Of a stretch of DNA of 64,000 nt, positions 29,173 to 39,497 are shown in pieces. The DNA is from Promethearchaeota archaeon (GTDB lineage: Archaea > Asgardarchaeota > Heimdallarchaeia > Hodarchaeales > Hodarchaeaceae), in NCBI GenBank assembly GCA_048938105.1, contig JBHLMN010000015.1, positions 1 to 64,000 on the forward strand. Reading direction: 5' to 3'. A program made the position numbers and the translations under genes. The notes under the pieces are model-generated. The model did no database searches. It was not told the origin of the DNA and saw only the letters and a list, made by a program, of their open reading frames with translations. The stretch's first letter is position 1. Each line of letters opens with the position of its first letter.

Positions 29173-30099
29173 TTAGATTTCGCGTGAAATTGTAGATATC
29201 AATAAAATCATTATCATCAACAATATAGGCATAATAAGGTAAGCTAATAGTAACATAAATACCACAAGCCCCACCACAGCATCCTTTGCAATAACAGAAA
29301 GGATAGCAGCGATTACTACAAAGAATAAAGGAGCTACTACCCCTAAAATCATAAATATCTCAGATAACACACCTAATTGATCAATAAACTCTTTTGTCTC
29401 CTCCTCCTTTAACTTCATTAAAGCTTTGGCTTCAGCAGAGAGGTAGAAGGTTAAATCTCCTCCACTCGTAATAGTAGCCGACATTCCATCCAAGAATTTG
29501 GAGAATCTTTCAGAGGGAGATCTATTACTTGCAGTTCTTAAAGCCTTTAGAATGTCATACCCAAAGATCTCAATGTCTCGTGTAATTCTCTTACTCTCCT
29601 TAGAAATTTCTGGAGCAACTGAGGCTTCGCCTGCAAGAGAATAGAACAATCTATTAGGAGGGACGCCTGAACTTGACATGGCAGAGAGATACGATGCTGT
29701 TGAGGGTAGCCCTGCCTCTATTAGAATTTTACGATCGGTTGCTTTCATTTGGGGCCAATATAAAAATGGTAAATATGCTAGAAGGCTACATATAACCCCA
29801 ATGATCACCCCAATTAGGATGGATGGGATCAACAGAGTTGTTAAATCTGCAGTTGGATTTGAAGCTTGAAATAGTAGAGTACTTCCCACAGTCACTAAGA
29901 AAAAAGAGAAAAAACCAACAAGTATTGAACTGATAATAGCGCTTCCTAAGTAAGCTCGTATGGAAATATCCATACCTGCTTTTTTTAAACTTCTATTAAG
30001 TCTATCAAAACTTCCCTTTTCGATCCATGATTCTAAAAATTTACCAAATCTGAGATAACCGACTCTTCTAATAACCTTACTCAAAAATAGACTCTCCAA
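29173..30099 (-). CDS. Type IV pilus platform protein (TadC/FlaJ family)
   Basis: LKKAGM, MSSSGVPP, FGYDILKAL, SPSERF and TITSGGDL motifs. Confidence 0.9.
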   Translation of the reverse strand: MESLFLSKVIRRVGYLRFGKFLESWIEKGSFDRLNRSLKKAGMDISIRAYLGSAIISSILVGFFSFFLVTVGSTLLFQASNPTADLTTLLIPSILIGVIIGVICSLLAYLPFLYWPQMKATDRKILIEAGLPSTASYLSAMSSSGVPPNRLFYSLAGEASVAPEISKESKRITRDIEIFGYDILKALRTASNRSPSERFSKFLDGMSATITSGGDLTFYLSAEAKALMKLKEEETKEFIDQLGVLSEIFMILGVVAPLFFVVIAAILSVIAKDAVVGLVVFMLLLAYLIMPILLMIMILLISTISREI

Positions 30100-30109
30100 G
30101 TGATCTTGT

Positions 30110-31618
30110 TTAAATTGTCTTCAATTCACGCTTTGCTCGATCAACTGTTTCCAACACATTTTGATAATAACTGTTTATAACTTCAGAAACTTGGGTATAA
30201 TGAGCTAACTTCTTCTTAACCATCCATCTTAAAATTGTCTTTCGTCTTTCAAGTTCATCAAAAGCTTGGGCCTCTGTTAATCCTTGCGCTTCTTGAATTC
30301 CTTCTAGTGCATAGGATCGTCCATAATTAATGAATGCATCTTCACGAGCATTCCATCCAAAAACCTTGTTAGTAATCAATTCAGTAGTTACAGGGTCAAT
30401 TCCTACGATTTCTGTACACTCAATCACTCGTCGTACCTGTTTGTCCCCACGACGTACTTTACGAAGAACGAGAACGAGGTTTAATGTTTGAATTAACGTT
30501 CGTGGGATATTCATGGGTTCATTCTCTAAACGTCTTATTGTGCCAGTTACACTGTCGCCATGGATCGTACCCATTCCAGTGTGCCCAGTAGCCATTGCTT
30601 GAAAGAGGTTATAAGCTTCAGCACCTCGCACTTCTCCAACAAAAAGATAATCTGGTCTTTGACGAAGTGCTGCACGCAGTAAATCATACATTGAAACTTC
30701 TCCTCGACGTGTACCATCTGCTTCACGTCCCCCGTAACCCTCTCGAGCAACTGCAGGAATCCAGTTCTCATGAGGGATATGAAGTTCTGCTGTGTCTTCA
30801 ATCGAAACAATTTTCATTCCTGGTCGGATGAACATTGCTAGACTATTAAGTAAAGAAGTTTTTCCTGCTGCTGTTCCTCCTGCAATGAGAACAGAATTCC
30901 TATTTTCTAAGACATACCATAAGAATGCAGCTAAATCTTCATCTATAGTATTAAACATAACCATATCAGTAATGGTTAATGGATCAGAACGGAATTTTCG
31001 TATAGTGAATGTGCTTCCACGTTGAGTAACTTCACGTCCATATGTTAACTGAAGACGACTGCCATCTGGTAACGCAGCATCAAGTAAAGGTCTTGCTACA
31101 CTGATATGTCGTCCAGCTCGTTGAGCTAACTTTATGATAAAAGCATCTAACAGATTTTCTTCCTCAAATTTCACATTTGTTTGAATACTTTCAAATTTCC
31201 GATGCCAAATATAAACTGGAATTCCAACACCATCACAGGAGATGTCCTCCACATTATGATCCTTTAACATTGCATCTATCGGCCCAAATCCGACAAAATC
31301 ACGAGTAATATGGTAATTGATTTTATCAAAAGTTTTTTCATCTAGTTTTAACCCATAATCTTTGGCAATTCCAATTACTTTTGATCGAAGGTAATCGCGT
31401 GCCACTTCAGGATTCTTAAGCACATTAAAATCAACATCCAATTCCTCCTCGAGAATATTTTTTATCATATCCAAAATATCATTCTCTTTTGTGCTTAAAG
31501 GAACTTCAACCACGGTATATTTTGTTTGTTTTGTTTCAGGATCGGTTGCAACCAACGCATAACTAAAGGGGGGGATTAAAGGATATGTTTCGCGAATTAA
31601 GCTACTTGATTCGGACAT
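30110..31618 (-). CDS. Type IV pilus assembly ATPase (VirB11/FlaI/TadA family)
   Basis: Walker A GGTAAGKTS, SIEDTAEL, LRQRPDYLFVGEVRG and QAMATGH motifs. Confidence 0.95.
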   Translation of the reverse strand: MSESSSLIRETYPLIPPFSYALVATDPETKQTKYTVVEVPLSTKENDILDMIKNILEEELDVDFNVLKNPEVARDYLRSKVIGIAKDYGLKLDEKTFDKINYHITRDFVGFGPIDAMLKDHNVEDISCDGVGIPVYIWHRKFESIQTNVKFEEENLLDAFIIKLAQRAGRHISVARPLLDAALPDGSRLQLTYGREVTQRGSTFTIRKFRSDPLTITDMVMFNTIDEDLAAFLWYVLENRNSVLIAGGTAAGKTSLLNSLAMFIRPGMKIVSIEDTAELHIPHENWIPAVAREGYGGREADGTRRGEVSMYDLLRAALRQRPDYLFVGEVRGAEAYNLFQAMATGHTGMGTIHGDSVTGTIRRLENEPMNIPRTLIQTLNLVLVLRKVRRGDKQVRRVIECTEIVGIDPVTTELITNKVFGWNAREDAFINYGRSYALEGIQEAQGLTEAQAFDELERRKTILRWMVKKKLAHYTQVSEVINSYYQNVLETVDRAKRELKTI

Positions 31619-31774
31619 CTATCTAAGACTCCTCTTTTTTTTTGTTAGATCTAGTAGATTTGTATTTTTCAAGTTCAATATTTTACTTAATCTAATATTT
31701 CTTAAAGATTATAATATTTAGGCTTTTCTATCAAATTAATGATGGTTATTTGTCAAGTTTACCTTAGCTAATAT

Positions 31775-32236
31775 CTATAAGATTGTTATTACAACTTTAT
31801 TTGCATCTCTCTCAATGTGTAAAGTAAGTAATGCCTTTATACTTTGAAATGACGATTCAGAAGTTTCAATTATGTATTTTGCTCCCACTGAGAAGGTGGT
31901 TAATTGGTTAATTTTCCCATCAGAGGAATAACCATGAAGTGTGACCTGATTATCGGTCGTATTGTAAATTTCAATATTATATTGAAATTTTTGGCCTAGT
32001 AGTATTGGTAGTTCTAACTGTTGATCAATCGTTTGATTATAGTCCGAGGAAAAAAGAAGTGTTTGCATAATTTGAGATTGTATTAAATCTAGAATTTGTG
32101 ACATTTCAATTTCTGCCAAATTTTCTCGAAATTGATCACTTAAAGTTGAGAACATGTTATTAGTAAGTAAGACCATACTAAGGCCTAAAATAAAGATGAT
32201 CATAAAGGTAATATATTGGGAAGCCATATTAAACAA
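31775..32236 (-). CDS. Pilin-like protein with an N-terminal hydrophobic helix
   Basis: MASQYITFMIIFILGLSMVLL followed by a helix and beta-rich body; no clear basic leader. Confidence 0.55.
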   Translation of the reverse strand: MFNMASQYITFMIIFILGLSMVLLTNNMFSTLSDQFRENLAEIEMSQILDLIQSQIMQTLLFSSDYNQTIDQQLELPILLGQKFQYNIEIYNTTDNQVTLHGYSSDGKINQLTTFSVGAKYIIETSESSFQSIKALLTLHIERDANKVVITIL

Positions 32237-32254
32237 CCATTATCATATTTTTCC

Positions 32255-33127
32255 TTAGGATGTTGAGAGACCAATTTCGTAAACCAATGTTTGTACCACA
32301 ATATTGAAGTACTGAACAGTAAAGCCTGGAATAGTGTGAGTACTCCATATGGATGTAGTAGATATCCCTGATGGTTGGATATTATCCCAAACTAACTCTA
32401 AACTTGCAATTGAACCATCCTTATTTGTTAAAGTGTGGGGAGTAGAATAATTAGTGGTAGCATGGACAGTAATTTGCTGGAATTGGGTATTGATGGTATC
32501 AAAATCCGCAGAGAGTAAAATTAAAAAGACTTCAAAGCGGATTTCTGGTTCTGGTTGTGTCAAAATTGTCAAATATATGGATATTCGATAGTTTAAAGTT
32601 ATATGATGCCTTCTATCATCAAGGTGGCTTAATGTCAGGTTAGTTAAATCTTGATAATCCACTGAAGAAAATACTCCAGTCAAAAATATAGGATCACGAG
32701 TTTTGTAGGGGTCAGGCCCAGTTAGATATTTTGTAGAACCACGAGGTAGAACTGATCGGGGGCTATTATAAATCCAATCAAGGGCTCCAATCTCTTGTTC
32801 TTCAAATATTTCATGCACAATATTATCATCTTGGTCGAGTAATCGTAAAGAAAAGTGATAACGGTCATCAATAAAATGAATTGTTCCTGCAGGTTTAGAG
32901 AATAATACAGTACGAAATCCTCCGGGAGTTCCACTTTCACTTAGTAAAGCCTTTATTGTAGAATCTAGCTCTAAAAAGCTATTCCGAGCTGCAGCAATCG
33001 CCTCTTCACTCTGTGCCTGTTCTATGTACGGGATAACTTGAACAAAGGTGATCATAACTCCTGTAATTATCAATCCAAATATTATGACGGTTGCTAAAAC
33101 AGGTGAGACACTCCGACGTTTCATCAT
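32255..33127 (-). CDS. Archaeal type IV pilin (class III signal); probable start at 33127 rather than 33211
   Basis: MMKRRS|VSPVLATVIIFGLIIT is a typical archaeal pilin N-terminus. Confidence 0.8.
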   Translation of the reverse strand: MMKRRSVSPVLATVIIFGLIITGVMITFVQVIPYIEQAQSEEAIAAARNSFLELDSTIKALLSESGTPGGFRTVLFSKPAGTIHFIDDRYHFSLRLLDQDDNIVHEIFEEQEIGALDWIYNSPRSVLPRGSTKYLTGPDPYKTRDPIFLTGVFSSVDYQDLTNLTLSHLDDRRHHITLNYRISIYLTILTQPEPEIRFEVFLILLSADFDTINTQFQQITVHATTNYSTPHTLTNKDGSIASLELVWDNIQPSGISTTSIWSTHTIPGFTVQYFNIVVQTLVYEIGLSTS

Positions 33128-33676
33128 GAAAAATCTGACATGAATAAGTTTAAAATGGGAAATAGTATGATTAGTCAAGTTAGATCCCTTTCTATCATTT
33201 TCTTCAACCAATAATCTCTATGAACAAGTCATACCTCAGGGATTTATTATTTAAGATTTTACGATTTAAGGATTTTTGTATTCCCAAGTAAAACATTAAA
33301 CTTTCAAATATAACCCTTCATAAGAGCATATATTTTCATATTTGTAACTAGTTCTGGAAAAAAGTTATTATCTGAGTTCATTTATATAGGTAACACTTGG
33401 TTTCTTTTAGTTGAACCAGAACATTTCTCTCGAACACAAAACTTCAGTTGACTTCGGTGGATAAGCCTAGAAAAAAAATATAAACACGGGCTCGTTATTA
33501 TCGCATTAATTCTGGTGAAGGAGCTTTTTGGTGGTAATTATCAAGACGAAATCATGTCAAATGATTTATAAAGGATAGTGAAGATAGATAACCCTGATTC
33601 AGTCATATTATTCTTAATTTCGTTATATTTATCAAAAGCAGAAAAGATTTAAGGGGTTCATGGGTTCAAAAAAATA

Positions 33677-34762
33677 ATGGTTCCCTATAATCCTATAAGA
33701 GAATCTTCCTCTAGGACGGGTAAGATAATGACACCAAAGAAAAAATCTGAAAAGACTGAAGCAGATTCCGCAGTAAAAGCTGAAGATAAGACTAAGCATG
33801 TGATATCAATCACTGATTTGCCTGGAATAGGCCCTTCTACTGCTGCCAAATTGGTGGAGGCAGGTTTTTCAACGTTAGAATCTATCGCAACCGTTTCAAT
33901 TGGAGAATTAACCTCAATTGCAAGTTTGGGTGAGAAAACGGTCAAAAAAATTATTGAATCTGCACGAGAAGCACTTGACATTGATTTTGAGACTGCTAAA
34001 TCAGTATTGGCCCGTCGTAAAGAATTAGCTAAAGTTACCACAGGCAGCCAGAAATTAGATGAACTATTTGGTGGTGGGGTTGAAACTGGTACTGTAACGG
34101 AGCTTTTTGGTGAATTTCGAACTGGAAAGACTCAGATAGCGCATCAGCTCTGTGTAACTGTTCAATTGCCCCGTGAAAAAGGAGGATTACGAGACAGTGA
34201 TAATTACCCTAAAGTTATCTACATTGATAGTGAAGGAACATTTCGTCCAGAACGAATATTGTCAATGGCTTCACGATGGAAGGAAGATTTAGATGAGGAT
34301 TTATTATTAGAAAACATTCTGCATGGACGTGCTCATAATTCCGATCATCAGATGGTATTAGTAGAAAAAATGATTAAAGATTATTTACCTACAGAGAATG
34401 TCAAGCTATTAGTAGTTGATTCAATGATTGCTCATTTCAGAGCAGAATATGTGGGACGGGGAACATTAGCTACTCGTCAGCAAAAACTTAATCAACATAT
34501 TCATACAATTTTAAGAGCTGCAGAGATCGGTAATCTTGTTGTTATTGTCACAAACCAAGTCCATGCCAAACCTGACCAATTCTTCGGTGACCCTACTCAT
34601 CCTGTAGGGGGACACATTGTTGCTCATGCTGCTCAAACACGTGTATACCTTAGAAAATCAAAAGGTGAGCGACGTATTGCTCGAATAGTTGATAGTCCTC
34701 TTCTTCCTGAAAATGAAGCAGTATTTGGATTGACAGAGATTGGGATTGTAGATGTAACCTAA
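33677..34762 (+). CDS. radA: DNA repair and recombination protein RadA (probable start 33728)
   Basis: HhH motif LPGIGP, Walker A GEFRTGKTQ, YIDSEGTFRPER, FRAEYVGRGTLATRQQ and SPLLPENEA. Confidence 0.97.
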   Translation: MVPYNPIRESSSRTGKIMTPKKKSEKTEADSAVKAEDKTKHVISITDLPGIGPSTAAKLVEAGFSTLESIATVSIGELTSIASLGEKTVKKIIESAREALDIDFETAKSVLARRKELAKVTTGSQKLDELFGGGVETGTVTELFGEFRTGKTQIAHQLCVTVQLPREKGGLRDSDNYPKVIYIDSEGTFRPERILSMASRWKEDLDEDLLLENILHGRAHNSDHQMVLVEKMIKDYLPTENVKLLVVDSMIAHFRAEYVGRGTLATRQQKLNQHIHTILRAAEIGNLVVIVTNQVHAKPDQFFGDPTHPVGGHIVAHAAQTRVYLRKSKGERRIARIVDSPLLPENEAVFGLTEIGIVDVT

Positions 34763-34802
34763 GCAAATTTCAATTCTCCTGATCTTGAATAGAAAGATTA
34801 TG

Positions 34803-34824
34803 TCGTCAAACAACAATTTGACGA
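34803..34824 (+). terminator. Perfect inverted repeat about 40 nt downstream of radA (possible terminator or 3' structure)
   Basis: tcgtcaaa-caacaa-tttgacga. Confidence 0.35.
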
Positions 34825-35164
34825 AGATGAATTTAAATGGTCTCGAATTTTCATTGATTTAATCAATAATAGAAAAAATATGCTACAATTTGTAGGTATT
34901 GATTGGTTTCCTCTAATTACATCAAAAAGTAGAGTCTTATTACCAAATTTTACTCCTTTTACTTTTTATAAAGTTAAAATCAAGTGTTTTGCTGAAAATG
35001 AAGATAATCGGGTCATCTAAAGTCCATCAATCATTGTTTGTTAATATAGCTTGAGACAAATGTGTATAGTAATAGTATAAGACTTTTTATAATTGGATGA
35101 CATTTTTTAGATATGCTAAGGTTCGATTTTAAAATTTTTAAAGTTGAAAGAGGTTTCCTGAATT

Positions 35165-35947
35165 ATGAGCTTCTCAAAGCTATTAGTTGATTCTAAGGAA
35201 GACTCAAGAAGTAATATTTGTGTTGGGTTGGACTTTGCCACATATGGAAGTAGAAAAGAGAAAACTCTTCAGCAAAATGAGGACAAGACCGAAGTAATTC
35301 TCAAGCTCATAGATAAGTTAAGTCCTTTTTGTTGTTCCTTTAAGGTTAATCGTCAATACATTCTCGATCTATCACTATCAGAAATTCAAATGATAACTGC
35401 AAAGGTTCATGAATATAGTCGGCCTATCATTATAGACCACAAAGTCTCCGATATTGGTACATCAAACGACCAAGCACTGTTTCGATTTAAAAATGAAGGA
35501 TTTGATGCATTCACAGCAAGCCCATTTCCAGGAAATGTTAAACAGATCTGTGATCTAGCTCATTCATACAAACTATCTTCAATAATCTTGGTTTTAATGT
35601 CCAATCCTGAAGCAGAATGGATGAAAAAATGTATTATGAATGGAATACCACTCTTCCAACATTTTGCTCGTTTAACAGAGAAATTTGCTGATGGTGCTGT
35701 GGTTGGAGCAACAGGACATGTTGGAGTGGAAGAATTGAGAATTATTGCAGAAGAGATTTCTGGGAAAGTTATCTTGTCCCCCGGTATTGGGGTGCAAAGA
35801 GGAGAGATAGAAAAATTACTCACTATTTTTAGAGATGATGTTATATTCAACATTGGCCGTGCGATTATTTATCATCAGAACCCAGTTGAAACTCTTAAAA
35901 AATTTAATAACTCTGTTAGATTAATATGTAACTCATTGGGGATGTAG
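35165..35947 (+). CDS. pyrF: Orotidine-5'-phosphate decarboxylase
   Basis: ICVGLD, FKVN, DHKVSDIGTS, MSNP, VVGAT and SPGIGVQ motifs. Confidence 0.9.
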   Translation: MSFSKLLVDSKEDSRSNICVGLDFATYGSRKEKTLQQNEDKTEVILKLIDKLSPFCCSFKVNRQYILDLSLSEIQMITAKVHEYSRPIIIDHKVSDIGTSNDQALFRFKNEGFDAFTASPFPGNVKQICDLAHSYKLSSIILVLMSNPEAEWMKKCIMNGIPLFQHFARLTEKFADGAVVGATGHVGVEELRIIAEEISGKVILSPGIGVQRGEIEKLLTIFRDDVIFNIGRAIIYHQNPVETLKKFNNSVRLICNSLGM

Positions 35948-35948
35948 A

Positions 35949-37193
35949 TTGCTCCTAGAAAATGCTTTAATTTGGTTTCCAGAACAAAATATTCATGGTC
36001 ATATTCTTGTGAATGAAGAAACTGGGCTTATTGAGCGGATCTCTCGAGTAAAAGCATTTGGTAGTAATTCAGAGAATTCACGTATTAATTTGAAAGGAAA
36101 GTTAATCATTCCAAGTATTGTTGATATTCATTGCCATTTACGGGATTTTGAGGAAAATCATAAGGAAACATATGAAACAGGAGCTCTAGCGGCGGCAGCA
36201 GGTGGTTTTTCTACAGTTTTTGACATGCCCAATAAAAAAAATCCAATTAATTCCTCTGAAAGACTCAAGGCGGTTAAAGACAGAACTAAAAAAATCCAGG
36301 AAGTGGAGATTATTCCTTATATTCTCTTAAATAAAGATACAGAGACATCCCTATTATCCAATTATCCTTATTTTAAAGCTTACCTTGGTATTACAACGGG
36401 TAATTTTTTAACCAGTATTTTGGAAGTTATAGAATATTTAGTTCAATCCTCAGGAGTATTATCAGTGCATTGTGAAGATAATGCAAGAATTAAGGAGAAT
36501 CTAGAGCTATATCAAAATAATCTTGAAAATCATTGGAAAATAAGAGATCCTCAATCAGAGTTAGATGCTATTGAAAATCTTCTAAAAAAAACTAAAAATA
36601 TGATATTGAAAGGGAAATTACATATAGCTCACGTCACTCTTGTAGAGGCAATTAATATTCTGCAATTAGCGGATATATCCTTTGAAGTAACTCCACATCA
36701 TCTTTTCTTGAATTGTGATGATTTTACTCAACTTGGTGTGAAAGGTAAAATGAATCCACCATTGAGATCAAAAAAAGAACAGGAGAAACTGCTTGAAGCT
36801 TTTCTTCAGGGTCAAATTCAAATTATTGGTACAGACCACGCTCCACACACTCTCCAAGAAAAGGAAAATCTTGAATTATCTGGAGTTCCTGGCCTGGAAA
36901 CATGTCTTCCTCTTTTATTAAATTTTTGCAAACCAATAGATAAGAGAAAGTTAGATTTAATAGTCAATGCCCTTGCTATAAATCCTCGTCGCTTAATGAA
37001 TCTACCTGAAAAAGGAACTATTGCTGTAGGTGAACCCGCTAATTTAACAGTAGTTGATATGAAAAAGAAAAAGATTGTGCAAGGTGAGTTCCTTAAGACA
37101 AAATGCAAGTGGAGTCCTTGGGAGGGAATTGAATTACTTGGATGGCCAGTTCTCACTATACATGAAGGTAAAATTACTTATAATGATCTCTAA
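35949..37193 (+). CDS. pyrC: Dihydroorotase
   Basis: DIHCHLRD, DMPN, HCED, EVTPHHL, KMNPPLR and TDHAPH motifs. Confidence 0.92.
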   Translation: MLLENALIWFPEQNIHGHILVNEETGLIERISRVKAFGSNSENSRINLKGKLIIPSIVDIHCHLRDFEENHKETYETGALAAAAGGFSTVFDMPNKKNPINSSERLKAVKDRTKKIQEVEIIPYILLNKDTETSLLSNYPYFKAYLGITTGNFLTSILEVIEYLVQSSGVLSVHCEDNARIKENLELYQNNLENHWKIRDPQSELDAIENLLKKTKNMILKGKLHIAHVTLVEAINILQLADISFEVTPHHLFLNCDDFTQLGVKGKMNPPLRSKKEQEKLLEAFLQGQIQIIGTDHAPHTLQEKENLELSGVPGLETCLPLLLNFCKPIDKRKLDLIVNALAINPRRLMNLPEKGTIAVGEPANLTVVDMKKKKIVQGEFLKTKCKWSPWEGIELLGWPVLTIHEGKITYNDL

Positions 37194-37205
37194 AAATTAA
37201 AACAA

Positions 37206-38063
37206 TTATTGAATAAAAGAATATTTTGAACCATCTGCTTTTCTACCAAATTTTCCAAAATCATTCACTTTTGCTATCACATTTCCACGAAATACGGGGC
37301 CGTCCTGACAAATACTGAGTCCTAAATCATCCATAAAACATGATCCACAGATTCCAAAACCACATCTAATATAGCGATCTGCTAGACAAATCTGAGTGTT
37401 TCTTTCCAAATTATGCTCTTGGGTAATTGTTAGAATTTTTTTAAGCATCAATTCAGGCCCACATGTATAAATCTCCCAATTTTTTTGTTTATCTAAGAGA
37501 TTACTAATAGTCATTTCCATTTTTTCCGAAACCAGACCATGAAATCCATAAGATCCATCCTCCGTGCAAAAAATAGTTTTAATGGATAATTTTTCGAATT
37601 CTTCTCTGAACAGTAATCCAGTCATAGTCTTCGCTCCTTGCATTAGTATAATCTCTCTAGTTTCAGAAGAATTATTTATTAATTGGTAGAGTAGAAAACG
37701 TAAAGGTGCTATTCCTATACCACCTGCTACAATTACCACGTTATTATTATGATCAAGATTAAATCCATTTCCATAAGGTCCTCTCAACCCTATTAGGAAT
37801 TTCTCTTCCTTTTGAATTATATCAGATGATGTAGGCCCAACCCCACAAATAACAAAGGATATCATATTCTCTTGAAAGTGATTAACTGCAATCGGAATCT
37901 CATCATCCCCAGGTAACCAAAGCATGAAATATTGACCTGGAGCTATTTTAACACATTTCTCTTCGGGAATAATAAAAGAAATAGTTGCGGTTCTCTCACT
38001 CTCCATATGTTTTCTGAAGATTGGTAAGCACATTGGTAGATTATAACGCTTAATCTTACTCAT
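37206..38063 (-). CDS. pyrK: Dihydroorotate dehydrogenase electron transfer subunit
   Basis: PGQYFMLW, RGPYGNGF, AGGIGIAP, CGPE and CGFGICGSC...C.DGPVF motifs. Confidence 0.92.
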   Translation of the reverse strand: MSKIKRYNLPMCLPIFRKHMESERTATISFIIPEEKCVKIAPGQYFMLWLPGDDEIPIAVNHFQENMISFVICGVGPTSSDIIQKEEKFLIGLRGPYGNGFNLDHNNNVVIVAGGIGIAPLRFLLYQLINNSSETREIILMQGAKTMTGLLFREEFEKLSIKTIFCTEDGSYGFHGLVSEKMEMTISNLLDKQKNWEIYTCGPELMLKKILTITQEHNLERNTQICLADRYIRCGFGICGSCFMDDLGLSICQDGPVFRGNVIAKVNDFGKFGRKADGSKYSFIQ

Positions 38064-38994
38064 GAGCTCCTCCTCTCAACTCTTCTATAGACAGATCCTC
38101 TTGAATAAGATACGATTCTAGTCCCCCGAGTAATCTCGAAATTAATACTTTAGGTGAGGAATAATTAGTGAAAGCAGAACCTATCTGTACAGCACATGCA
38201 CCTGCTAGGATATATTCTACTATATCTTCCCAATTAGAAATACCCCCTAATCCTATTAGAGGTATTTTCGGCCCAATAGAATCATAAAGATCGTAAATAG
38301 CTCTTAGTCCTACTGGTTTAATAGCTTTACCCGAAAGCCCTCCTCTAATGTTTCCTAGAATGGGTTTCTTTGTTTTTATATCAATAAGCATAGCTTTAAC
38401 AGTATTAATTGCTACAAGGGCATTTGCGCCTGCTGTAACAGCTGCTTCTCCTATTATCGTTATATCAGCAATATTAGGAGTCAATTTAACCCAAACTGGA
38501 ATATTAGAAGTCTGTTTAGCTTGTTTAACTATTTCTTTAACAAGCTCAGGGTCAGTTCCAACTGCCATACCTAGTTCTTTTGCATGAGGGCAGCTTAAAT
38601 TTAGTTCAAATGCAAGAAATTCAACTTGTTTGTTATATTTTTCAAAACAATCAATTACAGAAACAAATTCTTCGGGAGATGAACCATAAATTGAAACAAT
38701 CAGTTCAACATCAGAATCTATATTTTGCAGTTCTTTTCGGAAATTAACGCATCCTGGATTAGCTAACCCTACTGCATTGACAATTGAGTGAATTTCGGAA
38801 AGATAAAGGACAGAAGGATTCGGATATCCTTTTCGAGGCTCTTTACCTATGGATTTTGTCGTAACAGCTCCAAGTCCTTCATGAAATAATCGATTGAGGC
38901 TCGAATAAGTAGATCCCAAGATACCAGAGGCCAGAATTAAAGGATTTCGGATCTTAACATTTCCAATAGAGGTTTTTAGGTTTTTCATAATCAT
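38056..38994 (-). CDS. pyrD: Dihydroorotate dehydrogenase (family 1B) catalytic subunit
   Basis: NPLILASG, NAVGLANPG, ELNLSCPH, KLTPN and GGLSGKAIKP motifs. Confidence 0.94.
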   Translation of the reverse strand: MIMKNLKTSIGNVKIRNPLILASGILGSTYSSLNRLFHEGLGAVTTKSIGKEPRKGYPNPSVLYLSEIHSIVNAVGLANPGCVNFRKELQNIDSDVELIVSIYGSSPEEFVSVIDCFEKYNKQVEFLAFELNLSCPHAKELGMAVGTDPELVKEIVKQAKQTSNIPVWVKLTPNIADITIIGEAAVTAGANALVAINTVKAMLIDIKTKKPILGNIRGGLSGKAIKPVGLRAIYDLYDSIGPKIPLIGLGGISNWEDIVEYILAGACAVQIGSAFTNYSSPKVLISRLLGGLESYLIQEDLSIEELRGGAHE

Positions 38995-38996
38995 AA

Positions 38997-39497
38997 TTAG
39001 AGCATTAATGAGATATGTTCGTGTACATTGAAGATTACATCACAATATACACATCGTAGACTTATAGGGTGATAGTCCGTTAAAACAATAAATTCAGGTT
39101 TAACGTCCTCACGCTGGCTTGTAATGCAATTCAATCCTGGGCATCTTATTACTCCTGAAATTCTTTTTGGTGTCTTTATTTTTTCCTTTTCTATGATCAT
39201 ATAATCTTTAATATATGCAATATTACTACCAGATATTAATAAACCCAGTTTTTCGATATTTAGATCTTCTCTCTTCATGTTACGAATCTTTAACAAGTCT
39301 TTTCTACCAAATTTTCGCGAGGGAAGATTAATAGCAACAAACACGGAGTGAGGGAAGTTTTCATCAATATTTAAAGCTTTTAAAGCATAAAATGCTCGTC
39401 CTGGAGGTGTAATGTGATCAATAACTATTCCATTATCAATTTTTGCTACAATTAGCTCCTTTTCTGACTTTTCTTCAATGCTATTCAACAGATTCAT
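38997..39497 (-). CDS. pyrI: Aspartate carbamoyltransferase regulatory subunit
   Basis: IDNGIVIDHI, GRKDLLKI and CPGLNCITS...CVYCD motifs. Confidence 0.93.
   Translation of the reverse strand: MNLLNSIEEKSEKELIVAKIDNGIVIDHITPPGRAFYALKALNIDENFPHSVFVAINLPSRKFGRKDLLKIRNMKREDLNIEKLGLLISGSNIAYIKDYMIIEKEKIKTPKRISGVIRCPGLNCITSQREDVKPEFIVLTDYHPISLRCVYCDVIFNVHEHISLML

Noticed and set aside
25244-33127. Archaellum (motility) operon
   Set aside because: No archaellin-type N-termini, ArlH, ArlF/G or chemotaxis genes; two TadC genes and GQ-type pilins indicate a non-archaellar pilus
33578-33597. GTGAAGA-9 nt-CTGA in the radA upstream region
   Set aside because: Only half of a C/D architecture, with a short spacer
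34993-35021. CTGA-aa-ATGAAGA-12 nt-CTAA, a partial C/D-like pattern
   Set aside because: No upstream C box and a degenerate D box; likely chance in AT-rich DNA
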